Below, piece by piece: positions 42,748 through 52,278 of a stretch of 64,000 nt of DNA; within the stretch, counting starts at the first letter, position 1; each line of letters begins with the position of its first letter. Source of the DNA: Bacteroidota bacterium (GTDB lineage: Bacteria; Bacteroidota; Bacteroidia; J057); NCBI GenBank assembly GCA_039820545.1, contig JBCBPW010000003.1:6938-70937 (forward strand), written 5' to 3'. Both the position numbers and the translations under genes were made by a program. Under the pieces are notes generated by a model that saw only the letters and a list, made by a program, of their open reading frames with translations, made no database searches and was not told the DNA's origin.

Positions 42748-43452
42748 TTATTTCGGTGGCTTACTGATGAGTGGGCGCATCTCGATTTCTCTCACGAGAT
42801 AGTTGGGAGGGGTATCCATAATTTGAATGATGCTTCTCGCGACGGTGGCTGCATCCATCATATTTTCATGGGCATCCACCCCTGCGATTTCATCAAAGAA
42901 GTGTGTGGCAATAGACCCAGGATAAATGGTAGATACCTTGATGCGGTCTTTTCGGAGTTCTTGGAATAAAGACTCGGAAAATCCCCTAAGGGCAAACTTA
43001 CTCGCGTTATATGCTTCTCCCTGTGGCATGCCTACACGCCCTGCGATGCTGCTGATATTGAGAATATGTCCTGATTGCTGTACTTTCATTTGGGGGACTA
43101 CTGCTTGTGAGCAGAGGAAGGCACCCTTGACATTGACATCGAACATTTCTTGCCATACAACAGGGGTGATTTTTTCTATCGGGGCAAAAGCGCCAAAACC
43201 CGCATTGTTAATCAAAAAGTGGATGTTAGGGGAGATGGCTTGACTTTTTTCCCAAGCTTGCTGGACGGATTCAGGATTTTGCACTTGACAATGGATAAAA
43301 AAGAAATGGGGATGCTGATAGTCAGGCTGCGTGCGTCCCCAACCGATCACAGTCGCGCCCAGATCCAATAATTGAATGGCTAATTCTCGTCCTAAACCTT
43401 TCGAGACCCCTGTGATAATTGCTGTTTGACCTACAATAAAGTTCGTATCCAT
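42748..43452 (-). CDS. SDR-family oxidoreductase
   Basis: TGVSKGLGRELA (cofactor motif), NNAG and YNASK catalytic motifs. Confidence 0.9.
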   Translation of the reverse strand: MDTNFIVGQTAIITGVSKGLGRELAIQLLDLGATVIGWGRTQPDYQHPHFFFIHCQVQNPESVQQAWEKSQAISPNIHFLINNAGFGAFAPIEKITPVVWQEMFDVNVKGAFLCSQAVVPQMKVQQSGHILNISSIAGRVGMPQGEAYNASKFALRGFSESLFQELRKDRIKVSTIYPGSIATHFFDEIAGVDAHENMMDAATVARSIIQIMDTPPNYLVREIEMRPLISKPPK

Positions 43453-43513
43453 TCGTCTTTTTTTTCGTATATTGATTTCACAAATAGACGTATAAAGTAG
43501 GAAGTAAAAAAAT

Positions 43514-44236
43514 ATGGAAAACCAGTTCTATAGGACTCGTAAGGAGTCTGTGGATGAGAGAGAAGAACAAATAGCCAATGCCAATCCATTTTTAACACAG
43601 GTGTTTGGTACGATGACTATCGGCTTGGGGATCTCTGCGCTTACCGCTTGGTGGGTGGCCAACAGTGCCTTTTTCGATAGCCTTTTATATGGCGGGGGTA
43701 TTTTCAGATTCATAGTCATGTTTGCCCCGCTGATCTTTGTTTTCTTCTTTGCCTCTCGTGTACACCGTATGTCTTTTCGTGCTGTAAGCACCTCCTTCGG
43801 TGTATTCTCGCTCTTGATGGGAATCTCTCTCTCCTTCATCTTCAAGGTCTTTAGTATGGGGGTGATTACAGAGACGTTTCTTATTACGGCAGGTACATTT
43901 GGTGCCATGGCCATCGTAGGTATGTTTGGCAATATTGATCTATCTAAGTGGGGAAATTATCTGTACATGGCGCTGATCGGTTTGATCATTACGAGTATTG
44001 TCAACATGTTTGGCAACTGGGATTGGCTGTCTTTCGGTATTTCAGCGGCTGGGGTTGTGATATTCAGTGCCTTCACAGCTTATGACGTCCAGAAGCTTCT
44101 CCGAATTGGTGCACAAGTAGATCCAGATTCCGAATCTTCTCGGAAAATGGCTGTCATGGGTGCATTAGATCTTTATTTAGACTTCGTAAATCTGTTCCTT
44201 TTCCTCCTCCGCTTTGTTGGTTTGAGCAGGGACTAA
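43514..44236 (+). CDS. Bax inhibitor-1/YccA-family membrane protein
   Basis: Seven hydrophobic segments and the family motif FTAYDVQKL near the C-terminus. Confidence 0.85.
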   Translation: MENQFYRTRKESVDEREEQIANANPFLTQVFGTMTIGLGISALTAWWVANSAFFDSLLYGGGIFRFIVMFAPLIFVFFFASRVHRMSFRAVSTSFGVFSLLMGISLSFIFKVFSMGVITETFLITAGTFGAMAIVGMFGNIDLSKWGNYLYMALIGLIITSIVNMFGNWDWLSFGISAAGVVIFSAFTAYDVQKLLRIGAQVDPDSESSRKMAVMGALDLYLDFVNLFLFLLRFVGLSRD

Positions 44237-44314
44237 TTCTTACCAAGTCTAGGCACTCGTTTAAAGAGAAATCTCTCGTTTACAGGAAATAATTGTTACC
44301 TATATTATAATAGA

Positions 44315-44344
44315 AGCGCAGGCGGATTCGTCTGTGCTTTTTTA
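44315..44344 (+). terminator. rho-independent terminator candidate
   Basis: agcgcag (44315..44321) pairs with ctgtgct (44332..44338), including one G-U pair, followed by tttttt. Confidence 0.55.
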
Positions 44345-44849
44345 TTTCCTTCATATGGTAGATCATACGAAATAACGAATCTTTTTATGAGCTTTTTAAA
44401 TCATGTCCTCAGGGTAGTGTTTGGCAAAATCATTTGAGGATGGTACGAGTTTCTTGCAGATGTAATTTTATGCCTAAGGAAATAATGAATATTTTGGATA
44501 AAAATATTTAGTTATTGGTACTAGTTGAAATCCCTCTTATATCCTACTGCGATAAGGGCAGAAGATGAGTAGATGATTTTATTCTTCCATGAGGAAAAAA
44601 CGCTTTGATTTTCAGTGGATTGTTATGCTTTATGATTGTATTTATTTGATGGTATACATGTAAGAAAGCAAGGGGAGATGAATTTTTTTAGGGGGTAAAT
44701 AGTCCCATTTTTATGAAGATGATAGGTCATTTATATTCGCGTTCTGCTAAAGATTCCTTTCATTCGAGATAGATTACTTCCAAAAACGATCGCATTATCC
44801 TATCTTTGCCACACTTAGGAAAAATAGGTTAAATTGGTGGGATCTTACT

Positions 44850-45296
44850 ATGAATAAAAATATCCGCGAAATAAATATACTGTTGATTGAGGATAACCCA
44901 GGAGATGTGAGGTTGACACAAGAAGCGCTAAAAGAAGGTGCTTATTCTTATAACTTACAGGTAGTATCAAATGGGGAAGAAGCACTGAAATATTTGCTTC
45001 GAGAAGAAGGCTATGAGGAAGCAAAGGAGTTAGACATCATTTTTCTGGATCTCAACCTTCCCAGGAAAGATGGGCGTGAAGTCTTGAGCGAAATCAAAAC
45101 TAACCCTAGAATCAAACATATCCCGATCGTCGTTTTAACTACTTCTGAGGCAGAACCCGATATTATCAATACCTATCAGTTGCATGCAAACTGTTACATT
45201 ACAAAGCCTGTAGACATCAATCGTTTCATTGAAGTCATCAGAGGGATAGAAAATTTCTGGTTCAATATTGTCACACTCCCATCATACACCCGATAA
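44850..45296 (+). CDS. stand-alone response regulator receiver (CheY/Rcp-like)
   Basis: ILLIEDNPGD, the phosphoacceptor context IIFLDLNLPRKDG, VVLTTS and NCYITKP. Confidence 0.9.
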   Translation: MNKNIREINILLIEDNPGDVRLTQEALKEGAYSYNLQVVSNGEEALKYLLREEGYEEAKELDIIFLDLNLPRKDGREVLSEIKTNPRIKHIPIVVLTTSEAEPDIINTYQLHANCYITKPVDINRFIEVIRGIENFWFNIVTLPSYTR

Positions 45297-47751
45297 CCTT
45301 GTGAAGGCGAATGGCGCTTCCGCTACCCCCGTCCTTGTAATAGAGGACAATAACATCGACTTTCAATTAATTAAGACCTTTCTCAGGTCTGAGTCTCATC
45401 TAACATATGAGTTGTATCATGCCAAATCGCTGGGAGAAGGGTTAAAACTGCTCTCACAACAACCTTTTCAGGCGATTTTGCTAGACCTTGTACTTCCTGA
45501 TAGTAGTGGGCTTGAAACGGTAGTGAAACTCCACCAAGCTTTTCCTTCCCATCCCATCATCGCCATGACAGGTTTGCTCCCTGATATAGAAAAAGGATTG
45601 GAGGCCATCAGCTTGGGAGCTATGGATTATATCAGTAAGGATGAACTCCAACGGATGGTCCTTCCCAGGATTCTTAGATATGCCATCGAACGGAAGAAGA
45701 ATATCCTCGGGTTAGAACAAGCCCAGCGCATGGGGCGAATGGGAAACTGGGAATTAGAAGTGGCCACGCATTCATGGTCTGGTGCAAGGATTATCCACGA
45801 ACTTCTTGGCCTAAAAGCTGGACGTACCCTGCAACATCTCTCTGATTATTTAGCCTTGGCCCATGAGAGCCACTCGGCAGAGTTGAAACAAGCTTTCATT
45901 GGAGCTTTGCAGTTGGGAAGAGACTTCCAGATGGACCATCAGGTCGTGACTCCTCAAGGAGATGTGCGGTTTGTTTCTATACAGGCCCAGGTGCAGAAAG
46001 ACAAATCAGGAGTGCCCATCATGATCAGGGGAACCCTTCAGGATATCACAGATCGCAAACGCATTTCTGATCTAGAGAGAGAAAAGGAACTTGCAACGAA
46101 AGAAGCAAAGATTAGAAGGGATTTTCTGGCCAAAACTAGCCATGAGATTCGCACACCTCTCAACCCTATTTTGCTCCTTACCAATATGCTCCTAGAATCA
46201 GAATTGGATGAGGAGCAGATCAAAAATATCAAAACCATCAAGAGTGCAGGCCAGACGCTTCTAGCCTTGGTCAATGACATTCTAGATCTGTCCAAGATTG
46301 AGGCAGGGAAGGTCGAATTTACGCGTGAACCCTTTACACTAGCAGATATCTTCCATGACATTGCCAACCTCATGGAGTTGAATGCAAGCCAGAGGGAACT
46401 GACCCTTGATATGGAGTTAGATCCACAGATACCTACCCTGATTGTGGGGGATAAGGTACGCTTGACGCAGATCTTACTCAACCTCATCAACAATGCCATT
46501 AAGTTTACCATTAAAGGTGGCGTCAGCGTCAATGTGACAGTAAATCGTATTGTAGAAGATGAAGTGATCCTACGATTTGAGGTCAAGGATACTGGGATTG
46601 GTATCCCCAAGGATAAGCTCAAGGTCATTTTTGAAAGTTTCCAGCAAGTAGATTCTCCTATCAATCGTAGAATGGGAGGAACAGGACTTGGTCTGACGAT
46701 TGTAAAGCAGCTCGTGATGCTCCAGCAAGGGCAAGTGTACGTGGAAAGTATCGAAGGGCAAGGAAGTACTTTCTGGTTTGAAATGCCCTATGGTTTGTTT
46801 GAGGCGAGCGGAGTGGAAGAGTTAGACGATAATGGAGCAGGAAAAGGTGCGCAGGTAGGCCAGACCGATGAATATGACTTGGAGGGAATGCGTATTTTAT
46901 TGGTAGAGGATGAGCCGCTGAATCAGCTAGTTACTCGCAAGCTTTTGACAAAGTGGAATGCAGAGATAGACATTGCGAACAATGGATTGGAAGGTGTACA
47001 AATGCTGGAAAAAGGGGATTATCACGTCGTATTGATGGACTTACAGATGCCTGTGATGGATGGACTAGATGCGACTCGATACATTCGCAACCAACTGAGT
47101 GCTCCGCTATCTGATATTCCAATTATTGCCATGACAGCCAATGCCATTTCTGGGAGTGATGATGAATGTTTTCGAGTAGGAATGAATGATTATACATCCA
47201 AACCCATAGATACTATCAATTTTTATGGTAAAATTGTAAAGTATCGTAACTATCAAGCAAAATCTGCACAAGGCCAACTAGAACTAGAGGAGAGAAAAGA
47301 AAAAGCGAGGGAAAGGGAAGAACCAGATCTAGATGCTAGCTTGCGCATAGATAATCATCCTATGGCTCATACCAACTATACGGATCTAAGCTACTTAAGA
47401 GATAAACTGGGACTTGACAATGACATTGTTAAGACGACAGTGCAAAAGTTTCTCGATAATACCCCAGAAATGCTGGAGAAAATGCGGTCCTTCATGCAAG
47501 AAGAGTCTTATGTCAATCTGGGACGAATGGTACATAAGATGAAAGGATCTGCGGAGTATATGGGGATCAAAGAGTTGATCGAAGAGATGGAACAAGTGGT
47601 TCGAATCACTAAGCCGATGGAGGGGACGGACGAGATTCCATATATAGAAGAACGTCCAGGATTCTCTGAATTACCGACTTTGGTATCTCGAATCGATGAG
47701 GTAATTTCTTATTCTCTTATCGAACTAGAAGAAAAGCTCAAAGAAATATAA
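45268..47751 (+). CDS. hybrid sensor histidine kinase (REC-PAS-HisKA-HATPase-REC-HPt)
   Basis: N-terminal receiver (VLVIEDNN...ILLDLVLPDSSG). H-box SHEIRTPLNPI. N/G boxes NNAIKFT, DTGIGI and GGTGLGL. Second receiver VLMDLQMPVMDG. C-terminal HPt VHKMKGSAEYMG. The start is uncertain: the tracked TTG at 45268 overlaps the upstream gene, and an in-frame GTG at 45301 is an alternative. Confidence 0.9.
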   Translation: MSHSHHTPDNLVKANGASATPVLVIEDNNIDFQLIKTFLRSESHLTYELYHAKSLGEGLKLLSQQPFQAILLDLVLPDSSGLETVVKLHQAFPSHPIIAMTGLLPDIEKGLEAISLGAMDYISKDELQRMVLPRILRYAIERKKNILGLEQAQRMGRMGNWELEVATHSWSGARIIHELLGLKAGRTLQHLSDYLALAHESHSAELKQAFIGALQLGRDFQMDHQVVTPQGDVRFVSIQAQVQKDKSGVPIMIRGTLQDITDRKRISDLEREKELATKEAKIRRDFLAKTSHEIRTPLNPILLLTNMLLESELDEEQIKNIKTIKSAGQTLLALVNDILDLSKIEAGKVEFTREPFTLADIFHDIANLMELNASQRELTLDMELDPQIPTLIVGDKVRLTQILLNLINNAIKFTIKGGVSVNVTVNRIVEDEVILRFEVKDTGIGIPKDKLKVIFESFQQVDSPINRRMGGTGLGLTIVKQLVMLQQGQVYVESIEGQGSTFWFEMPYGLFEASGVEELDDNGAGKGAQVGQTDEYDLEGMRILLVEDEPLNQLVTRKLLTKWNAEIDIANNGLEGVQMLEKGDYHVVLMDLQMPVMDGLDATRYIRNQLSAPLSDIPIIAMTANAISGSDDECFRVGMNDYTSKPIDTINFYGKIVKYRNYQAKSAQGQLELEERKEKAREREEPDLDASLRIDNHPMAHTNYTDLSYLRDKLGLDNDIVKTTVQKFLDNTPEMLEKMRSFMQEESYVNLGRMVHKMKGSAEYMGIKELIEEMEQVVRITKPMEGTDEIPYIEERPGFSELPTLVSRIDEVISYSLIELEEKLKEI

Positions 47752-47766
47752 TCTCCACCTCTCTCT

Positions 47767-48603
47767 ATGGCACAGATGCTCTCTTTTGAAACAGATCAGG
47801 GAAATACGCTGAATCTGAATCTATTTGGTGGCAAAGACTTTGGCGACAAGCCTTGTGTAATTTATGTTCACGGGTTCAAAGGCTTTAAAGATTGGGGGTT
47901 CGTCCCCCACACCGCGGCGTTTCTTGCGCAGGAAGGTTTTAGTGTCATCACCTTCAATTTTTCCCACAATGGTATCGGTCCAGACGGAGAGACCTTCACC
48001 GAACTGGACAAGTTTGAGCGCAACACATTTTCTCTCGAAGTCTCTGAACTCCAGGAAGTCATCCGAAAAGCAACGCGCACAGATTTTTTTGGTGCCAAAG
48101 CGACTAGTGGATTAGGTGTACTTGGGCATAGTCGTGGAGGAGGTATCGCACTCCTAGCGAGCCACCTGCAACCAGAGGTACAGGCTGTAGCTACCTGGGG
48201 ATCGGTTTCGTCCTTTGATCGGACATCGAAAGAGGATAAGCAGACATGGAAAAAACAAGGATATCGCGAAGTACGGAATAGTCGTACAGGACAGATTTTT
48301 CGTATGGGTATGGCAATGTTTCAAGATGTCGAAAAGCATGCGAAGAATAGCCTTAATATCCTTAAAGCTGTCCAAAATCTCGAGCGTCCCTTGTTGATCC
48401 TTCATGGGCAATCCGATGAGACGGTTCCCTCGTTTGAAGCTGAGCAACTCAACATCTTTGGAAATCCTGCCCTGACAGACTTTCGATTAATTCCTCAAGC
48501 AAGCCACACGTTTAATTCAACTCATCCCTTTTCAGGTCCTTCGGAGGCCCTGAATCTGAGCCTTTCTGCTACCTCCAACTTTTTCCAGGCTCATCTTCAA
48601 TAG
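47767..48603 (+). CDS. alpha/beta-fold hydrolase
   Basis: Nucleophile elbow GHSRGG, Asp context HGQSDETVP, His context QASHTF. Confidence 0.8.
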   Translation: MAQMLSFETDQGNTLNLNLFGGKDFGDKPCVIYVHGFKGFKDWGFVPHTAAFLAQEGFSVITFNFSHNGIGPDGETFTELDKFERNTFSLEVSELQEVIRKATRTDFFGAKATSGLGVLGHSRGGGIALLASHLQPEVQAVATWGSVSSFDRTSKEDKQTWKKQGYREVRNSRTGQIFRMGMAMFQDVEKHAKNSLNILKAVQNLERPLLILHGQSDETVPSFEAEQLNIFGNPALTDFRLIPQASHTFNSTHPFSGPSEALNLSLSATSNFFQAHLQ

Positions 48604-48864
48604 TTATTCGACTCCCCCAAAACATGTTAAAATTGCTAATTGCAGGTGGGCAACATGAGATAAACATGGGGTTATGACATCTACAAGAATGTATATGGTA
48701 TTCTCTATGTAATTCTGTGATCGGACTTGCTTATATTTTAATATTTAAATATGTTATATTTAGATATTCGAAATAATAAGCTTTCTAAAGAATATTCATT
48801 CTTTTTCATCTGTGTGAATAATATCTTTCAGGAAGTGAATTTCTTGAATAAATATATTTTCTAG

Positions 48865-50013
48865 ATGGATAGTTTGGATCAAATACGCTCACTTGTCCAT
48901 ACATTACCTTCCTCAGACCTTCTAATTAGAGCATTAGAAGCGGCTGCTTCAGGAATTACCATTGCTGATTTTCGGGCGAAAGACATGCCTTTAATCTATG
49001 CAAACCCTGCTTATGCGCGCCTGACTGGCTATTCTATTGAGGAAGCCCTAGGAAAGAATTGTCGGTATTTGCAAGGGGAAGAGCCCCATCAAGTAGCTAT
49101 CCATACAATCAGGATAGCCCTAAAGGAATCCAAGCCATGTAAAGTTTTGCTGAAGAATTTTAAAAAGGATGGAACACCTTTTTGGAATGAGCTGACCTTA
49201 TCACCTGTCTTTGATGAAAAAGGCGTAGCGACGCACTATATTGGGATACAAGATGATGTCAGTGCGAGAATAGCAAATCAACAACTCATAGTAGATATGA
49301 AGAATGCGGCACTCGAAGCAAGTAAAGCAAAATCTGAGTTTCTCAATATCATGAGTCATGAGTTGCGTACACCCTTGACGGTCATGTTGGGTAATCTGCA
49401 TTTGCTCTCGGATGAGACGGATCTACCCCCTCCAACTGAAGTGGTAGAAATCGTCCATGATATCGAAACTGCGGGGAAGCACCTCCTGACCATGGTCAAT
49501 GAGGTTTTGGATCTTGCCAAGATAGAATCAGGATACATGAACTTGAATCCTACCGCCATTGATGGAGATCCTTTTGTACGCGCTATAATCGATGCATTTC
49601 GTCCATTGACCATGCAAAAGTCCCTAGACCTAGAGGCATCCATTTCTGTAGGGACGTTTCATGTAGACCCACAGAAACTCAAACAGATATTGCTCAATCT
49701 CATAGGAAACGCCATCAAATTTACCCCGACAGGTGGTGTGTATGTGAGAGGATGGAGAGAAAACCATAAGGTCTGGTTTGAAGTGAAGGATACAGGAATT
49801 GGAATCGCAGAAAAGAATATACCCATGATCTTTGAGCTGTTTCGTCAAGTCGATAGTTCGAGCACCAGGGAGAATAGCGGGACGGGACTGGGACTGACGA
49901 TATCAAAAAGATTGATAGAAATGCACGGAGGGAGAATCTATGTGGAAAGTAAACAGGGGGAAGGATCAAAATTTATTTTTTGGCTTCCTGATACATTTCA
50001 AGGTACAACTTGA
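48865..50013 (+). CDS. LOV-domain (blue-light, flavin-binding PAS) sensor histidine kinase
   Basis: ITIADFRAKDMPLIYANPAYARLTGYSIEEALGKNCRYLQG...LKNFKKDGTPFWNELTLSPV...IGIQDDVS matches the LOV consensus, including the adduct-forming Cys (49060..49062). This is followed by the H-box MSHELRTPLT and the HATPase boxes GNAIKFT, DTGIGI and GTGLGL. Confidence 0.85.
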   Translation: MDSLDQIRSLVHTLPSSDLLIRALEAAASGITIADFRAKDMPLIYANPAYARLTGYSIEEALGKNCRYLQGEEPHQVAIHTIRIALKESKPCKVLLKNFKKDGTPFWNELTLSPVFDEKGVATHYIGIQDDVSARIANQQLIVDMKNAALEASKAKSEFLNIMSHELRTPLTVMLGNLHLLSDETDLPPPTEVVEIVHDIETAGKHLLTMVNEVLDLAKIESGYMNLNPTAIDGDPFVRAIIDAFRPLTMQKSLDLEASISVGTFHVDPQKLKQILLNLIGNAIKFTPTGGVYVRGWRENHKVWFEVKDTGIGIAEKNIPMIFELFRQVDSSSTRENSGTGLGLTISKRLIEMHGGRIYVESKQGEGSKFIFWLPDTFQGTT

Positions 50014-50168
50014 CAAAAGTCTTGATAGTTCTATACAATATCTGCTAAGTTCGGGCTAGATTTTTTAGGTAGGTGTTGATTTTTCATCTGAAATCCTCGT
50101 CATAATAATATGAGCGTAAAACCGATATATTTCTCCTAAGCCGAAGCTACATCCAAACAAATAAGCGC

Positions 50169-51314
50169 ATGAATCGAATTCTTATCATCGACGATCACAT
50201 GGCGATTGGGAAAATGATCCAGCGTAAACTCGAAAGTGCAGGCTTTGATGTAAGAGTGACTTCAGATTTTCATGAGGGAATCAGGTGGGCGGACAGAGGC
50301 GAAACAGATCTTGTGCTCATAGATCATATGATGCCTGGGATGAATGGCCTGGAGGTATTTACTCAGATTCAAAAGGAAAACGCCCATCCTCCACCTGTGG
50401 TGATGATGACAGCATTTAGCTCTATGCATTTGGCAGTAGCTTTTATGCGGCAGGGAGGAGCAGATTTTATGGAGAAGCCGCTCGAGATGGATGTACTAGA
50501 GATCAAAATCCGACGGATCATCGCCCAAGATCAAGAACTTCAAAGGGAAAAAGTGAGTCAGCGCACCACAGAAGAGAAATTGCAATCCCTTAATCATAAA
50601 TTGATCCTGAAGACACAGGAATTGGCACAGCTCAATGCAGATCTTGACTCCTTCAATTTGACGGTGACACATGACTTACGTGCTCCTCTAAGACATCTGA
50701 CATATCATCTCTCAGTTTTGGAGGAAGTAGTGAATAGAGAAAATGCTGAGATCAAAGAACCCATCGAAGACATGCGAATGGTGATCCACCGGATGAATCG
50801 GATGATCAAGCACCTATTCGATTTTTCTCGTCTGGGGCAAATAGAAATTAATTATGTGAATTTTTCTGTTCACACTTTGGTAGATCAAGTCCTCGAATCG
50901 TTGAAAGATAAGCTAGAAGCCTGTGGAGCAAACGTACAAGTGGAGACATTGCCCAATCTATATGCAGATCCTCATTTGATGAAACATGTTTTTCATAATC
51001 TGATAGGCAACGCACTAAAGTTTACTCAAGAAGAATCCTCGCCTTTGATTCATATCTCGGCTTTATCCTTTCCGCATGAGATTCATATATCCGTCGCAGA
51101 CAATGGTGTGGGATTTCAGGAGGAGGAGCAGGAGCGCATATTCAAAATGTTTCATCGTCTACATCCCGCCTCGCGCTTTGAGGGAGATGGCATCGGCCTT
51201 GCGACGGTCAAGCGTATCCTCAAGCGTCATAGGGGAACAATCCTGGCAACCTCCGTCCTGGGCGAAGGAGCTACATTTACCATGATCTTGCCCCGAAAAG
51301 AAGATGAGGTATAG
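50169..51314 (+). CDS. response-regulator receiver fused to histidine kinase (REC-coiled coil-HisKA-HATPase)
   Basis: ILIIDDH...LVLIDHMMPGMNG receiver. H-box VTHDLRAPLRHL. GNALKFT, DNGVGF and GIGLATVKR boxes. Confidence 0.85.
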   Translation: MNRILIIDDHMAIGKMIQRKLESAGFDVRVTSDFHEGIRWADRGETDLVLIDHMMPGMNGLEVFTQIQKENAHPPPVVMMTAFSSMHLAVAFMRQGGADFMEKPLEMDVLEIKIRRIIAQDQELQREKVSQRTTEEKLQSLNHKLILKTQELAQLNADLDSFNLTVTHDLRAPLRHLTYHLSVLEEVVNRENAEIKEPIEDMRMVIHRMNRMIKHLFDFSRLGQIEINYVNFSVHTLVDQVLESLKDKLEACGANVQVETLPNLYADPHLMKHVFHNLIGNALKFTQEESSPLIHISALSFPHEIHISVADNGVGFQEEEQERIFKMFHRLHPASRFEGDGIGLATVKRILKRHRGTILATSVLGEGATFTMILPRKEDEV

Positions 51315-51352
51315 GCAAGATGGAATCCCATCTTTCTCACTAACTTTGGCAT

Positions 51353-52132
51353 ATGAAGATACCTGACGATGGCATTTCTTTTCAGCATAGATTATATATT
51401 CGAGAGACCCCGCCAGACCAACCTTTGGTCATGTATCAGCGATGGAGAGACCTATTGTTTTTGCACTGGGAGGTGGAGCCTGAGCAGATACAGCAGACGC
51501 TACCTCCAAGATTGAGGGTAGATACTTTCGAAGGAAAAGCTTATATGGGGATTGTCCCCTTCTTCATGGAGGGTATTCGGCCACGATTTTTGCCTGCTGT
51601 ACCTGGCATATCCAACTTCCTCGAGCTCAATCTTCGAACCTATGTCATTGGTCCCGACGGGACACCAGGCGTTTGGTTTTACTCGCTTGACGCCAATTCA
51701 TGGATAGGCGTGGAGGTCGCTCGGGCTTTTTTCTCTCTTCCCTATGAACATGCCCATCAGAAAGCCCCTTTTTTCCAGGATAAAGAATGGATAGATTTTC
51801 ATTCCACCCGAAAAAATCCTCAGGAAGCCATCCCCTTACGTTATACCTATCGACCTATCAAAAAGATTGGAGAGGCACCTTTGGGGACGCTCGAGTTTTT
51901 CTTGGTCGAGCGTTATATTCTATTTTCCCACAGACCCCACAGTCAGAAGTTATTCAAGGGGCGCATTCATCATACACCCTATGTCTTGCATGAGGCCGAA
52001 GTACATACCTACCAGCCCGAACTATTTGCCTTAAATGGCTTTGAAACGCCCCAGTGTCCGCCTGATCATGTCGTGATGTCGCCTGGAGTTTCTGTGAATG
52101 TACATTGGATTGAAGAGGTGCTAGGTGTGTAG
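51353..52132 (+). CDS. DUF2071 (YqjF-like) family protein
   Basis: YQRWRDLLFLHWEVEPEQIQQTLPPRLRVDTFEGKAYMGIVPF and the FLELNLRTYV pattern typical of DUF2071. Confidence 0.6.
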   Translation: MKIPDDGISFQHRLYIRETPPDQPLVMYQRWRDLLFLHWEVEPEQIQQTLPPRLRVDTFEGKAYMGIVPFFMEGIRPRFLPAVPGISNFLELNLRTYVIGPDGTPGVWFYSLDANSWIGVEVARAFFSLPYEHAHQKAPFFQDKEWIDFHSTRKNPQEAIPLRYTYRPIKKIGEAPLGTLEFFLVERYILFSHRPHSQKLFKGRIHHTPYVLHEAEVHTYQPELFALNGFETPQCPPDHVVMSPGVSVNVHWIEEVLGV

Positions 52133-52278
52133 GAGGATAAAAGAAAGGGCCACTTATCAAATGGCAGACGGATGACTTTGCTTACATAAAGTTTACAGAA
52201 AGTTAAATCTACATGGTCAACTAAGTGGGGAAGAAGTGGTTGATTTGGTGAATAATAAATCCATCTAATCCTAACCTC

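Noticed and set aside
45268-45300. TTG-initiated 29-nt overlap of the hybrid kinase ORF with the upstream response regulator gene
   Set aside because: It is probably an ORF-caller artefact, because an in-frame GTG at 45301 lies just after the upstream stop. The true start cannot be decided from sequence, so the tracked coordinate is retained with this caveat.
46038-46664. 208-aa antisense ORF inside the hybrid kinase gene. Similar long shadow ORFs occur at 38928..39446, 56936..57394, 26197..26667, 43528..43932, 58792..59244, 59248..59712, 36848..37192 and 3366..3638.
   Set aside because: All lie fully within, and antisense to or out of frame with, genes that have strong family motifs. Their products are low-complexity and Ser/Leu/Arg-rich with no recognisable motifs, which is typical of shadow ORFs.
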